Shown here: positions 53,183-63,027 of the stretch, one piece after another
Layout: the number at the start of each line of letters is the position of its first letter
Numbering within the stretch: position 1 is the first letter of the stretch
Source of the DNA: an uncultured Verrucomicrobiae bacterium
GTDB lineage: Bacteria; Verrucomicrobiota; Verrucomicrobiia; Palsa-1439
Assembly (NCBI GenBank): GCA_963812605.1
Contig: CAWEWF010000011.1
Coordinates: 9,708 to 73,707 of the forward strand
Reading direction: 5' to 3'
DNA: 64,000 nt
The notes under the pieces: model-generated
What the model was told of the DNA's origin: nothing
Databases searched by the model: none
The model's input: the letters and a program-made list of their open reading frames with translations, nothing else
Made by a program: the position numbers and the translations under genes

Positions 53183-54403
53183 TCATACTGCGCCTGCCTT
53201 TTTCAAACCGGCGATGTCGTCATCTTTGTAGCCGAGATCGCGCAGAACTTCCGTCGTGTGCTGCCCGAGCAACGGCGGTGCGTCACCCGCGTCGCCGGGG
53301 GTCGCGGACAACTTCACGGGCACGCCGGTCATCTTCACCGACTTGAGTTTTGCGTGCGGACGCTCGACGACCATGTCGCGAGCGCGCACCTGCGGGTGCT
53401 CGAGCACTTCGGAGACGGAATAGATGGGGCCGCAGGGGATGCCGTTCTTTTCCAGCAACGCGAGCCATTCCTCGGCGGTCTTCTGCGCAAAAATCTTTTC
53501 CAGCACGGGGTACAACTCGGTATGATTCTCGACGCGCTTCGGATTGGTGGCGAATTTCTCGTGCGTCTTCAAGTCCGGCCGTCCGATGGCCTCGCAAAAC
53601 TGTTGCCAGAGACGGTCGTTGCCGGCGGCGAGGTTGAACCAGCGGTCGCTGGCCTTGAAGGTCTCGTAGGGCACGATGGTGGGATGCTGGTTTCCTTTGC
53701 GCGTCGGCGATTTGCCGGTGCCGAAATAAATACCGGCTTGATAGGTGAGGAACGAGACCTGTCCATCGAGCAGCGACACATCGACTTTTTGTCCGCGGCC
53801 CGTGCGCTGGCGGACCTGCAAGGCGAGGAGGATGCCGAGTGTCGCGTAGAGGCCGGCGGTGATGTCGGCCAGCGACGTGCCCGTTTTGAAGGGCGGACCG
53901 TTTGGTTCGCCCGTGAGGCTCATGATGCCACCTTGTCCCTGGATCGAGAGATCGTAGCCGGGGCGATCAGCCCAGGGACCGGTATGACCATAACCAGTGA
54001 CCGAGGCATAAATAATTTTCGGATTGAGTTTCACGACTTCGTCATAGCCGAAGCCGATGCTCGGCAGGAAGTCGCGGCGAAAATTTTCCACCAACACATC
54101 CGACTGTTGGATGAGCTTCTTCAGGATTTCGCGGGCCTCGGGTGTCTTGAGATTGAGCGTCAGGGATTTCTTGCCGCGATTGATGCTGAGGAAGTAGACG
54201 CTTTCGCCTTCGAGGAACGGCGGGCCGTAGGCGCGCGTGTCGTCACCCTTGTCGGGATTTTCTACTTTGATAATTTCCGCGCCGAAATCGCTCAAGAGCA
54301 TCGAGCAATAGGGCCCCGCCAAAATGCGCGAGAGATCCACAACCCGGATACCATCGAGAGGCTTCACATTGTCAAGGCTAACGATGCACGCTTGTTCTCG
54401 CAA
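53183..54403 (-). CDS. CoA transferase, family III (CaiB/BaiF)
   Basis: 'PLDGIRVVDLSRILAGP', 'NRGKKS', 'ENFR' and 'PGYD'. Confidence 0.92.
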   Translation of the reverse strand: MREQACIVSLDNVKPLDGIRVVDLSRILAGPYCSMLLSDFGAEIIKVENPDKGDDTRAYGPPFLEGESVYFLSINRGKKSLTLNLKTPEAREILKKLIQQSDVLVENFRRDFLPSIGFGYDEVVKLNPKIIYASVTGYGHTGPWADRPGYDLSIQGQGGIMSLTGEPNGPPFKTGTSLADITAGLYATLGILLALQVRQRTGRGQKVDVSLLDGQVSFLTYQAGIYFGTGKSPTRKGNQHPTIVPYETFKASDRWFNLAAGNDRLWQQFCEAIGRPDLKTHEKFATNPKRVENHTELYPVLEKIFAQKTAEEWLALLEKNGIPCGPIYSVSEVLEHPQVRARDMVVERPHAKLKSVKMTGVPVKLSATPGDAGDAPPLLGQHTTEVLRDLGYKDDDIAGLKKAGAV

Positions 54404-54426
54404 GTGTTTTCCGTTAGAAGGACGCC

Positions 54427-55173
54427 GTGCGCATTGTCGTCGATGACCTCAGCAAGTCCTACGGCCGCGTGATCGCTTTGCGCGACGTGTCGCTGTCGAT
54501 TGAGGCGGGGCAGATTGTGGCGTTGCTCGGCGCAAACGGAGCGGGGAAAACGACGTTATTACGCGCACTGGCGGGCATCGCCGCGCCCACGAAGGGGTCG
54601 ATCTATTACGACGATCAGTTGTTCCGTCGCGACCAATTGGCCTTGCGCCGGCGGTTGTTCTTTCTGCCGGATTTTCCGCCGATGTTCCCGACGATGAGGG
54701 TCACCGCGCACATTGGCATGTGCCTGCGCTTGTACGGACGGGATGACGATCGGCAAATTTCCAATTTGGGCGAGCGCGTAATCAGTCTGCTCGGCGACTT
54801 CGATCTCCTGCCATTGTCGGAAGCGCCGATCGGAACGCTTTCGCGCGGGCAGGCGTACAAGACCGCCCTGGTTGCGATGCTGGCGGTGGACCCGGACCTG
54901 TGGTTGCTCGACGAACCATTTGCTTCCGGCATCGACCCCCAGGGGATCCATGCCTTCAAGACCCATGTCACCGCGGCGGTGCGACGGGGACGGACGGTGA
55001 TCTACACGACACAGATTCTCGATATCGCCGAGAAATCATCCGACCGGGTTTGCGTGCTGGATCGCGGCGAGATGAAGGCGTTTGAGAACGTCGACCGGCT
55101 GCGCGCGTTGGCGGCCGGTACCCAGGAGGGCGCGTTGGAGGGGCTGTTTCGCCGGCTGCGGGAACAACCATGA
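54427..55173 (+). CDS. ABC transporter ATP-binding protein
   Basis: 'GANGAGKTT', 'LSRGQ' and 'LLDEP'. Confidence 0.9.
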   Translation: MRIVVDDLSKSYGRVIALRDVSLSIEAGQIVALLGANGAGKTTLLRALAGIAAPTKGSIYYDDQLFRRDQLALRRRLFFLPDFPPMFPTMRVTAHIGMCLRLYGRDDDRQISNLGERVISLLGDFDLLPLSEAPIGTLSRGQAYKTALVAMLAVDPDLWLLDEPFASGIDPQGIHAFKTHVTAAVRRGRTVIYTTQILDIAEKSSDRVCVLDRGEMKAFENVDRLRALAAGTQEGALEGLFRRLREQP

Positions 55174-56808
55174 TCGGCATCCGCTGGCGAAAGTTTGAGC
55201 GGGAATTGCGACGCCGGGTGCGCCGCAAGTTGCGCGGCTCGAAGGCGCGCTGGCGCGAGTATCGCCGGCGCAACAATCTCCGGCAACGCGTCATGCGCTG
55301 GTTCTCCTGGCCCATCGGCGTGATAGTGTATGCCGGGCTGGCAGTTTCGCCGCTGCTCCGGTTACGCGAAGGATTGGGCGATCACTCGTTTGGGGTAGCG
55401 CTCAATCTTGCGGCATTGATGTGGACGGGCATCGCACTGGTACGCTCGGCGAACCTTGTGAGCCAACTGCGCGGCGGACCGTACCTCGCGATGTTGTTGC
55501 GATTTCCGTTAAGCGATCGCGCGGTGTTTCGAATTGTGCTGGCCCGATTCCTAAGGGGTTCACTGGCCCTCGCAATCTACTTCTTTGCCGGGTCATGGTA
55601 TTTGGTCGTTTGGCAGCGTGGGAAGTCGGACTGGAACGCGGTAGGTTGGGCCGTCGTGGCGACTCTCTTGCAGTCCGTGGCGAACATGGCGCTCAGTCTG
55701 GCGGTACCCCAGCGGTTTCAGAAGGCGAAGCTGGGGCTTGCGGGTGTGCTTCTCTGCCTGGCGGGATTCATCTTCGGGTATGCCGCTGAATGGTTTGCGC
55801 CGTTGTTGCTACAGATGAGCGACTGGTTGTTGTGGGCGCAACCGGCCGGCTGGGTGCTGCTGCTCCTACACGCGGGCCAATGGCTCTTGTTCGTGCCGCT
55901 AGCGCTCCTGGTCGCGGCGGCGATTGGGAGCGTGCGCCAGTTGCAGGAGACCTATCAGGCGCCCAACTTGGAATCGCTGTTGCCCGTGGCGACGGTGGCG
56001 GAAAACTTCGAGGCGGTCAGCCCGACGGAGTTGCGCAAAGTCACGGAGACGCTGATGACCAAACGATTTCTGGAGGGGGTCGATTGGGGAAAGCAGCGGT
56101 GGATCGAACATCTCGTGGCGCGGTGGTGGACGGCGCGCGAACGGCTGCTCGCGGAGTTTCTCCTGGGAGGCCGGCCGCCTCGTTGGAGCCAAAACTGGCG
56201 GGCGGCGCTAAAGGCCGCGGCCTTCGGGCCGGCGCTGGCCCTTTTACCCGGCACGCTCGGCGCCGTGGCAAGTGTTGGCGCCTTCGGGGTGGCAACATTG
56301 GCTGCCACGGGAGTTTTCCTGACGGAGTGGCCCGGGTTAGCATGGCGTGCCGTCCGTTGGTCCCACCATTCCCGTCTACGCCCTTGCGCCGTGCGGTTTT
56401 TGGGAGATTGCCAGGATGGTAACCAAAGCCAACATCATTCGCACGCTCGCCTGGTTGCCGGCCATGGTGATTTGCGGTGCGGTGGCGGCGTGGCGGCTGC
56501 AGTTCGGCCCCGTCCAGGGCGCGGTTTTTGGGGTCCGGCTTTGTGGTGTTGAGTTGCTCGGTCAACCGATCGCGATCATGCTCCTTTTCTCGGCCCGCAC
56601 GAATGATACGAGCCGTCTTTGGCAACCCTGGGCGTGGATGCAGGCAGCTGCTCCTCGTGGGCGTCCTCTCGTCCGTGGTAATCGGATTCGTCATATTGTT
56701 TGCGCCAGTGTTGCCCGCCTTGATGGCCGCCGGTACTGTTTGGGCTGTGCACCGCCGGATGTCTCGGCCTGTATGCGCTGTGGTATCATCGGGGGGCTTT
56801 TGATTTGA
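55170..56808 (+). CDS. Putative ABC permease; frameshifts near 56345 and 56650
   Basis: Multiple TM helices; ATGA overlap with the ATPase gene. Confidence 0.65.
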
Positions 56809-56836
56809 TGAGGATTGCGCCAAAAGTAAGAGCGCC

Positions 56837-57674
56837 ATGAAATATTTTACCCTGATCGCAGTCCTGACCTCCTGGCTCTGCCTCAATGCGTCCGCCGATC
56901 CGGCGTCGACGAACCAGGATGCGCGGGTGATTCTTGGGACGGTTGCTCGCGAATCGGCCATTGAAGGATTTTTCCTTGAAGGCCCGTTTGTTCGTGGGTG
57001 AGGAAGATGCCGTCATGGTGGAGATCCTGGTCAAGAACACGGCGACGGACACGCGCACCATTTATCGGACGGCGCAAACGCAGGCGCTGGTCGTACAGCC
57101 TGTGAATGGCGACCCGCATTTTTACCTGCGCGGCATCGGTGAACTGGTCGGTCCGCAACGAGCGGAGAAGCTGCTCGGGTCGGAGTTTTCGTATTACGAC
57201 CTGGCATTGCCGTTTTTACGGTGGCCGAATCCGAAGCTGCTCGATGCGGACGACCGGGTGCGCGGCCGGGATTGTTTTGCGATTGAGATCTCGGCGGCGG
57301 GGGAGCCGTACGCGCGCGTGAAGGTCTGGATCGACAAGGAGTATTACGCGCTATTGCGGGCGGAAGCGTTCGATAAAAACGAGAATTTGGTGAGGCGTTT
57401 CGCGGTCACCAGCTTCAAGAAGATTGGCGACTTCTGGATTCCGCGGGGGCTGGAGGCGGCGATTTTGCCGCCGGGTCAATCGTTGCCAAACCAACAAAAA
57501 TCACGCCTGGAAGTGTATGAAGGCAATTACGAGACGCAATTGCCCGCGGAGTGGTTTGTCATCGAGCGGATTCGGCGCGACGGCGGCACACTAGAACTCA
57601 AACGCACAACGGACCTGTGCACTTATCAAAAACCATCGACACAGGCAGGGACGCCTGTGCCACCTAAGATTTAA
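56837..57674 (+). CDS. Outer-membrane lipoprotein-sorting (LolA-like) protein; indels near the 5' end
   Basis: 'LGSEFSYYDL', 'VRGRDC' and 'WIDK' motifs. Confidence 0.7.
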
Positions 57675-57695
57675 TTTATAAGGGCGATTTTAGAA

Positions 57696-58013
57696 TCAGC
57701 CAACAGTTTCGTGCTTGGGAACCCACTGCATGCCGCGGCGTTCCCAGTTTTTCAGTTTCATCTGCAGGTGCGTGACCTCGCCGAGACAACGGATCTGTTG
57801 TTCGATGTGGAGGAGGGTCCGTTTCAAGCCGAGGTCCTTCTCGGTCTTCTCATCGGAATTCTTCTTGCCGGGATGGTAGTCGAAAACGAGGAATTCACCC
57901 TCGATGTAGACGGAAGAGCCGATGACTTGCACGTCGAGTTTCTGGGTGTCGACGTAGTTGCGCACCAGGACACCTTGCACGACCCGCAGAAGTCTGAGTT
58001 CCTCGAGAGTCAT
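57696..58013 (-). CDS. Hypothetical protein
   Basis: 105 aa; GAGG RBS; host-like codon usage. Confidence 0.7.
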   Translation of the reverse strand: MTLEELRLLRVVQGVLVRNYVDTQKLDVQVIGSSVYIEGEFLVFDYHPGKKNSDEKTEKDLGLKRTLLHIEQQIRCLGEVTHLQMKLKNWERRGMQWVPKHETVG

Positions 58014-58563
58014 GGCCCCTCACTGACCGTTGACGCCTGAAGAACGAACGTAGTATAGCGTTTTAAGCGGGCGGAAGCAAGGCTGAGTTTTTGGGGGCAT
58101 ATGGCGATGAGGCATCATTTTTTTACCACGAAGACACGAAGGTTGCGAAAGGAATGGACGGACAATTTGGTTGATGATGTGCGGGATGTGAGTAATCGCC
58201 CGTCGATACTAAGTCTCCCAAAGGTGATCTCCGGTAAAAAGTTTCCAAACCTTCCAAAGCTTCCAAAGTGCGCGAACGGGATTTTGGAAGTTAGGGTAGG
58301 ATTGACACGTGAATTGTGGGCAGAACCAACGACGGCAAGCGGGCCGCTTGCCCTACAAGTCGGAGAAGCGCGCGGGACGCGCGCTGCTACACCAAACGCG
58401 GCGAACGACGAGGCATTGGGTCACCCCCCACTATACGTTTCTGCGAAACGAACCCAATTTTAGGGGGTTGCGGAGAGCAATGCGACGAGAGCAGCCCATA
58501 AATTCGATAGTCAATCCTACCGACGGCAAGCGGGCCGCTTGCCCTACAATAGGAGCGCGCGAT

Positions 58564-59553
58564 CTACGTGTTGATCGCCACTTTTTCGGCGGGCGAGGGA
58601 GAATCGGAAAATGGAGGCTGGGGGACAAGTCCCAAATCTTGCAGCAACTCGTGGTCGGCGTCGGTCTCGGGGTTTTGAGCGGTGAGGAGTTTGTTGCCGT
58701 AGAAAATGGAGTTGGCGCCAGCGAAAAAGCAGAGGGCCTGTGCTTCACGAGACAATCGCGAGCGTCCGGCAGAGAGACGCACTTTTGCATGGGGCAATGC
58801 GATGCGCGTCGTTGCGATCAGGCGCACCAGTTCGAAGACATCGACGGGCGGTTGATCTTCCAAGGGCGTGCCGGGCATGGCCATCAGGCAATTGATGGGC
58901 ACGCTTTCGGGCGGCGGATCGAAATTCGCCAGCACTTCCAGCATGCGCAGGCGGTCGGTGACGGTTTCGCCCATGCCGATGATGCCGCCGCAGCAAACGG
59001 ACATGCCGGCGGTCTGCACGGCGCGAATGGTGTCGAGGCGATCCTGGAAAGTGTGGGTGGTGATGATCTGCGGGTAGAACTCGGGGCTGGTGTCGAGGTT
59101 GTGGTTGTAAGCGGTGACGCCCGCCTCCTTCAATTGTTGCGCGGCAACATCGGTGAGCTGGCCCAGCGTGACGCAGACTTCCATCCCCAACTTGCTGACT
59201 TCGCGCACGGTTTCGAGGACGGAATCGAAAGCCTGTGTTCCCTCACGGACACCCTTCCATGCCGCTCCCATACAGAAGCGGGTCGAGCCGTTGGACTTGG
59301 CGCGGCGGGCGACTTCCAGCACTTCGGCGGTGGAGAGGAGGCGTTCGGTTTGCAGGCCGGTATCATAACGCGCGCTTTGCGAGCAATACGCGCAATCCTC
59401 GCTACAGCCGCCGGTTTTGATGCTCAAAAGGGTGCAAAGCTGGACTTCATTATTGGGCCAATTCCGCAAATAAACGGCCCGAGATTGCTGGATAAGGTCG
59501 AAAAAAGGTTGCGAATAAATTTGCTGAAGGCGTTCGAAGGGATGCGATTTCAT
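58564..59553 (-). CDS. bioB: Biotin synthase
   Basis: 'CSEDCAYC', 'RFCMGAAW', 'YNHNLDT', 'CCGGIIGMGE' and 'RLSAGR'. Confidence 0.95.
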   Translation of the reverse strand: MKSHPFERLQQIYSQPFFDLIQQSRAVYLRNWPNNEVQLCTLLSIKTGGCSEDCAYCSQSARYDTGLQTERLLSTAEVLEVARRAKSNGSTRFCMGAAWKGVREGTQAFDSVLETVREVSKLGMEVCVTLGQLTDVAAQQLKEAGVTAYNHNLDTSPEFYPQIITTHTFQDRLDTIRAVQTAGMSVCCGGIIGMGETVTDRLRMLEVLANFDPPPESVPINCLMAMPGTPLEDQPPVDVFELVRLIATTRIALPHAKVRLSAGRSRLSREAQALCFFAGANSIFYGNKLLTAQNPETDADHELLQDLGLVPQPPFSDSPSPAEKVAINT

Positions 59554-59685
59554 GCGTTGTCAGCCTCGCAAGAGACTGTCCTCCAAACACTTGTGCATTC
59601 AAAATGCCATGCCATGCGATGGAGTTTAGAAGAAACGCGCCCGCATTGCAAGTGCGCGGTCGTTCTGTTACCGTATCGCCCCGTT

Positions 59686-61359
59686 ATGGACAAAACCCTC
59701 CAGACCATTTGCGGCATGCTGCAGAGCCCGGACGGGATGCGGCGCTGCGCGGCGGCCATGGTTATCGCCGAACTGCGACCGAAGCAGGACGTGGTCATCA
59801 AGGCGCTGGGCGCGACCTTGAAGGACGCGAACCAACTGCTGACGCGCTATGTGCTGGAAGCGTTTGAGGCGCTCGATTCGCGCGCCGTTGTCCCATATGT
59901 GCTCCCGTTGCTGGAGGCGCCGGAAACCGAAACCAAGTTGCGCGCCGCCGCGATCATCGCCCGCACGGGCGGCGATAACGTCGCCAGCCTCCGCGCGCAA
60001 TTCTCCAAGGCCAACCCGCAGCAGAAGCGGGTGCTGGTGGATATCCTGGCGCGCATCCACAACCGCGACGCGATGCAGCTCATTCTTGACGCGCTGTTCG
60101 ACCCCGATTTCGAACTCGTCAAGGAAGCCTGCCAGGCCGTTCGTCGCCATATTGCTGATGCGCCGCCGAAGAACCAGTTGGCCCTGCACAAGCAGGTCGC
60201 CAAGTTTATGACGACCTCGGCGGTAAGAAAGAATGACCGGGTGCTGACTTCCTGCCTGTTGCTGATTGGTTACATCGGCGCGCCGGATGCCCGCAAGGTG
60301 TTGTTGAAATACAGCACGCCGCGGAATCTTGGCTACATCCGCCGCAATGCGCTTATTGGGCTCAAGGGCCTGCAGTATACCGGCGCGGCGGTCAACCAGA
60401 TCGCCCGCCAGATGCTCAAGTATCTTGGCGAGCCCGATTACCAGAACATCGTGCAGAACGCGCTGGACATTATCGAGAAGTTGCCGCTCGGCAAGTCGTA
60501 CGACGCCCAGTGGCGGAAGCTGCTCAAGAGCAAACACCCGAGCGTCCGCGCGTTCGCCACGCGCAAACTCGCGGCGAACGACAACGCGGCCACGAACCGG
60601 TTGATGATGACGCTGCTGGCGCACCCGGACACGCAGGTCAGCGAAATCGCCGCGGGCGCGCTCGCGCGACACAAGGGTGCGACCAAACTGTTGCTCGCCG
60701 CGCTGGCGCGCGAACGCAAATCCGAGCCCGCCTGGCGGTTGGCGAAAATTCTCAAGCCGCATGGTCCCGCGGTGGACCGCAAGACACTCAAGAAATTCGC
60801 CGCTCTGGCCGCGCGGGCCCTTCAGGCCGGCGATCAACGATATGAGACGTTGCTTTATTTCCTCCGCAACATCGACCCGAAGCTGGCCGACAACGTCTAT
60901 CGCGAGGTCGGCTTGAAATACAAGAAGGCGCGGAAATGGGCCAAGGCCGTGGATTGCCTGAAACAGGTGGCGCGTTCCGAGGCGTCTGACACGGAATTGC
61001 GTTTTGAGCTCAGCGTCTGCAACATCAAACAGTCCGCGAAGGACCTGACGCCGCATCTGCGGGCAGAAGACCAGGCGCTGCGGGGATTTCAGGCGCTGCT
61101 GCCGGACAAGAGCTTCAAGCTGTTTGACCGATTGAAGAAGGAAAAGGCGCTGGAAGCGGCGGACCTGAGTTACATCGGGTTCCACTTCAGCGAAGGCACG
61201 GGGGAAGAACAGAAATTTGGCCGCAAGATCCTGGAATACGTCGCCAAGCGATGGCCGAAGACCAAAGAGGGCAAGGCGGCCAAGAACAAGCTCAAGCTCG
61301 CACCGCGCTCACAGTCCATCACGCCCACGCCTGTTCCGCACCCCAGCGTCGGAGACTGA
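59686..61359 (+). CDS. HEAT/ARM-repeat protein
   Basis: Helical repeats 'MRRCAAAMVIAEL', 'VRAFATRKL' and 'SEIAAGALA'. Confidence 0.8.
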   Translation: MDKTLQTICGMLQSPDGMRRCAAAMVIAELRPKQDVVIKALGATLKDANQLLTRYVLEAFEALDSRAVVPYVLPLLEAPETETKLRAAAIIARTGGDNVASLRAQFSKANPQQKRVLVDILARIHNRDAMQLILDALFDPDFELVKEACQAVRRHIADAPPKNQLALHKQVAKFMTTSAVRKNDRVLTSCLLLIGYIGAPDARKVLLKYSTPRNLGYIRRNALIGLKGLQYTGAAVNQIARQMLKYLGEPDYQNIVQNALDIIEKLPLGKSYDAQWRKLLKSKHPSVRAFATRKLAANDNAATNRLMMTLLAHPDTQVSEIAAGALARHKGATKLLLAALARERKSEPAWRLAKILKPHGPAVDRKTLKKFAALAARALQAGDQRYETLLYFLRNIDPKLADNVYREVGLKYKKARKWAKAVDCLKQVARSEASDTELRFELSVCNIKQSAKDLTPHLRAEDQALRGFQALLPDKSFKLFDRLKKEKALEAADLSYIGFHFSEGTGEEQKFGRKILEYVAKRWPKTKEGKAAKNKLKLAPRSQSITPTPVPHPSVGD

Positions 61360-61370
61360 GCCCGCGCCCG

Positions 61371-62183
61371 TCAAATTTTTGACCGCAATGAATTCGCGAG
61401 CGTAATCCACTGGTCGATGGCCAATTCCTCAGCGCGAGCGGTGGCGGCGACGGAAACGGCGGCAAAGGCCGCGTCCACGTCGCCAAACCCCGCCAGCAGT
61501 TTGTGCAGCATCTTGCGACGCTGGCCAAATCCCGCCCGCACTACTTCATGAAACGGCGTGTTGGCCAGGAGTTTCACGCGCGGATCGCGCCGCTCCAGGA
61601 CCACGATGGCGCTGTCCACGTGCGGGGTCGGGTAGAAACAGCCCGGCGAGATGATATGGGCAATCGTGACGTGATACCAAAGTTGCGTGAACACCGTCAG
61701 CGCTCCGTAATCCTTGTGTCGCGGCGTCGCGGCCAGGCGGTTCGCGACCTCGCGCTGCAATGTGAGGACCATTGCGCGCGGCTGGTCCAGGCGCTCGACC
61801 AGCCGTTCGAGAATCGGCGTGGAGATGCTGTAGGGCAGGTTGGACACGACCTTGTAGGGCGCGGCGACATGGAAGTCCGGTTGCTCCAGCACTTTCACGG
61901 CATCCCCTTCGATCAATTCCACGCCGTCCACGTGGTCGCGCAGATACTGGCAGAGCCGCCTGTCTTTCTCGATGGCGACGACTCGTTTGGCGCGCGCCAC
62001 CAATTCCACCGTCAGTGCCCCCAACCCCGGGCCGATCTCCAGCACGGTTTCATCACCGCGAAGATCCGCCTGTTCGATGAGAATCCGCAGGATGTTGCCG
62101 TCGATGAGAAAGTTCTGCCCGAGCGCCTTGCTTGGACGGATGTCGAATTCGGCGAGTAATTGACGGACTTGTGTGAGCGTCAT
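61371..62183 (-). CDS. rsmA: 16S rRNA dimethyladenosine transferase
   Basis: 'LGQNFL', 'LEIGPGLG', 'NLPY' and 'FGQRRKML'. Confidence 0.93.
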   Translation of the reverse strand: MTLTQVRQLLAEFDIRPSKALGQNFLIDGNILRILIEQADLRGDETVLEIGPGLGALTVELVARAKRVVAIEKDRRLCQYLRDHVDGVELIEGDAVKVLEQPDFHVAAPYKVVSNLPYSISTPILERLVERLDQPRAMVLTLQREVANRLAATPRHKDYGALTVFTQLWYHVTIAHIISPGCFYPTPHVDSAIVVLERRDPRVKLLANTPFHEVVRAGFGQRRKMLHKLLAGFGDVDAAFAAVSVAATARAEELAIDQWITLANSLRSKI

Positions 62184-63023
62184 TTTGGAATCGCCAACCG
62201 CGCCGCCATGTTGATCGCGGCGATCATTCCTTCGGGCGGCGACGCCTTTGCCGGCGATGTCGGGGGCGGTGCCGTGGTCTGGCGACGTGCGGCTGAAGGG
62301 CAGTCCCAGCGTCAGATTCACGCCATTGCCGAACGCGATCAACTTGAATGGCGCGAGCCCCTGGTCGTGGTACATGGCCACGACGACGTCAAACTCCCCG
62401 TGCAGGGCGCGATAAAACAGCGTGTCGGCCGCATACGGTCCGCTGACGGCGATGCCGGTGCGCGCGGCGCGTTTCACCGCCGGCCTAATAATGCGCCGCT
62501 CTTCGTTCCCCAGCAGACCGCCTTCGCCCGCATGGGGATTCAAACCGGCGACAGCGATGCGCGGGCGACGGATTCCGAACCGTCGGCAAGCCTGGTTTGA
62601 GAGTTCGATCACATCCACGATCTTGCGCGCGGTAATGAGTTTCGCGATGTCGCGAAGCGGCGCGTGCGTGGTTACGAGCGCCACGCGCAAGCGGTCGCCC
62701 GCGAGCATCATCGCGAATCGTTTGGTGCGTGAAAGATGGGCCAGAAGTTCCGTCTGGCCGACAAACGGATAGCCCGCGCGGCGTAAAAGTTCCTTGGTGA
62801 TCGGTCCGGTGGTGAGCCCGGCAAGATCGCCGGCAAGGCAGCGTTTCGCGCCTTCAACGATCCAGTCCACGGCGTCGGCGCGACGTTTGGCACGGGGATC
62901 GCCGATGACCTCGTAATCGAAGTGCCGGTTGAGCCCGCCGGATTTCAACGCCTTGGCCACGACCTCCGGCCCGATGCCCGCGGGGTCGCCCAGCGTGATC
63001 CCAATGCAGGGGCGATTTGGCAT
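62180..63023 (-). CDS. pdxA: 4-hydroxythreonine-4-phosphate dehydrogenase; frameshift near 62237
   Basis: 'GDPAGIGPE', 'NPHAGE', 'MYHDQG' and 'RTSPDHGTA'. Confidence 0.9.
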
Positions 63024-63027
63024 GTGC

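Noticed and set aside
58309-59685. N-terminal part of the 1016-aa ORF
   Set aside because: Antisense shadow of bioB plus repeats; the real gene likely starts at 59686.
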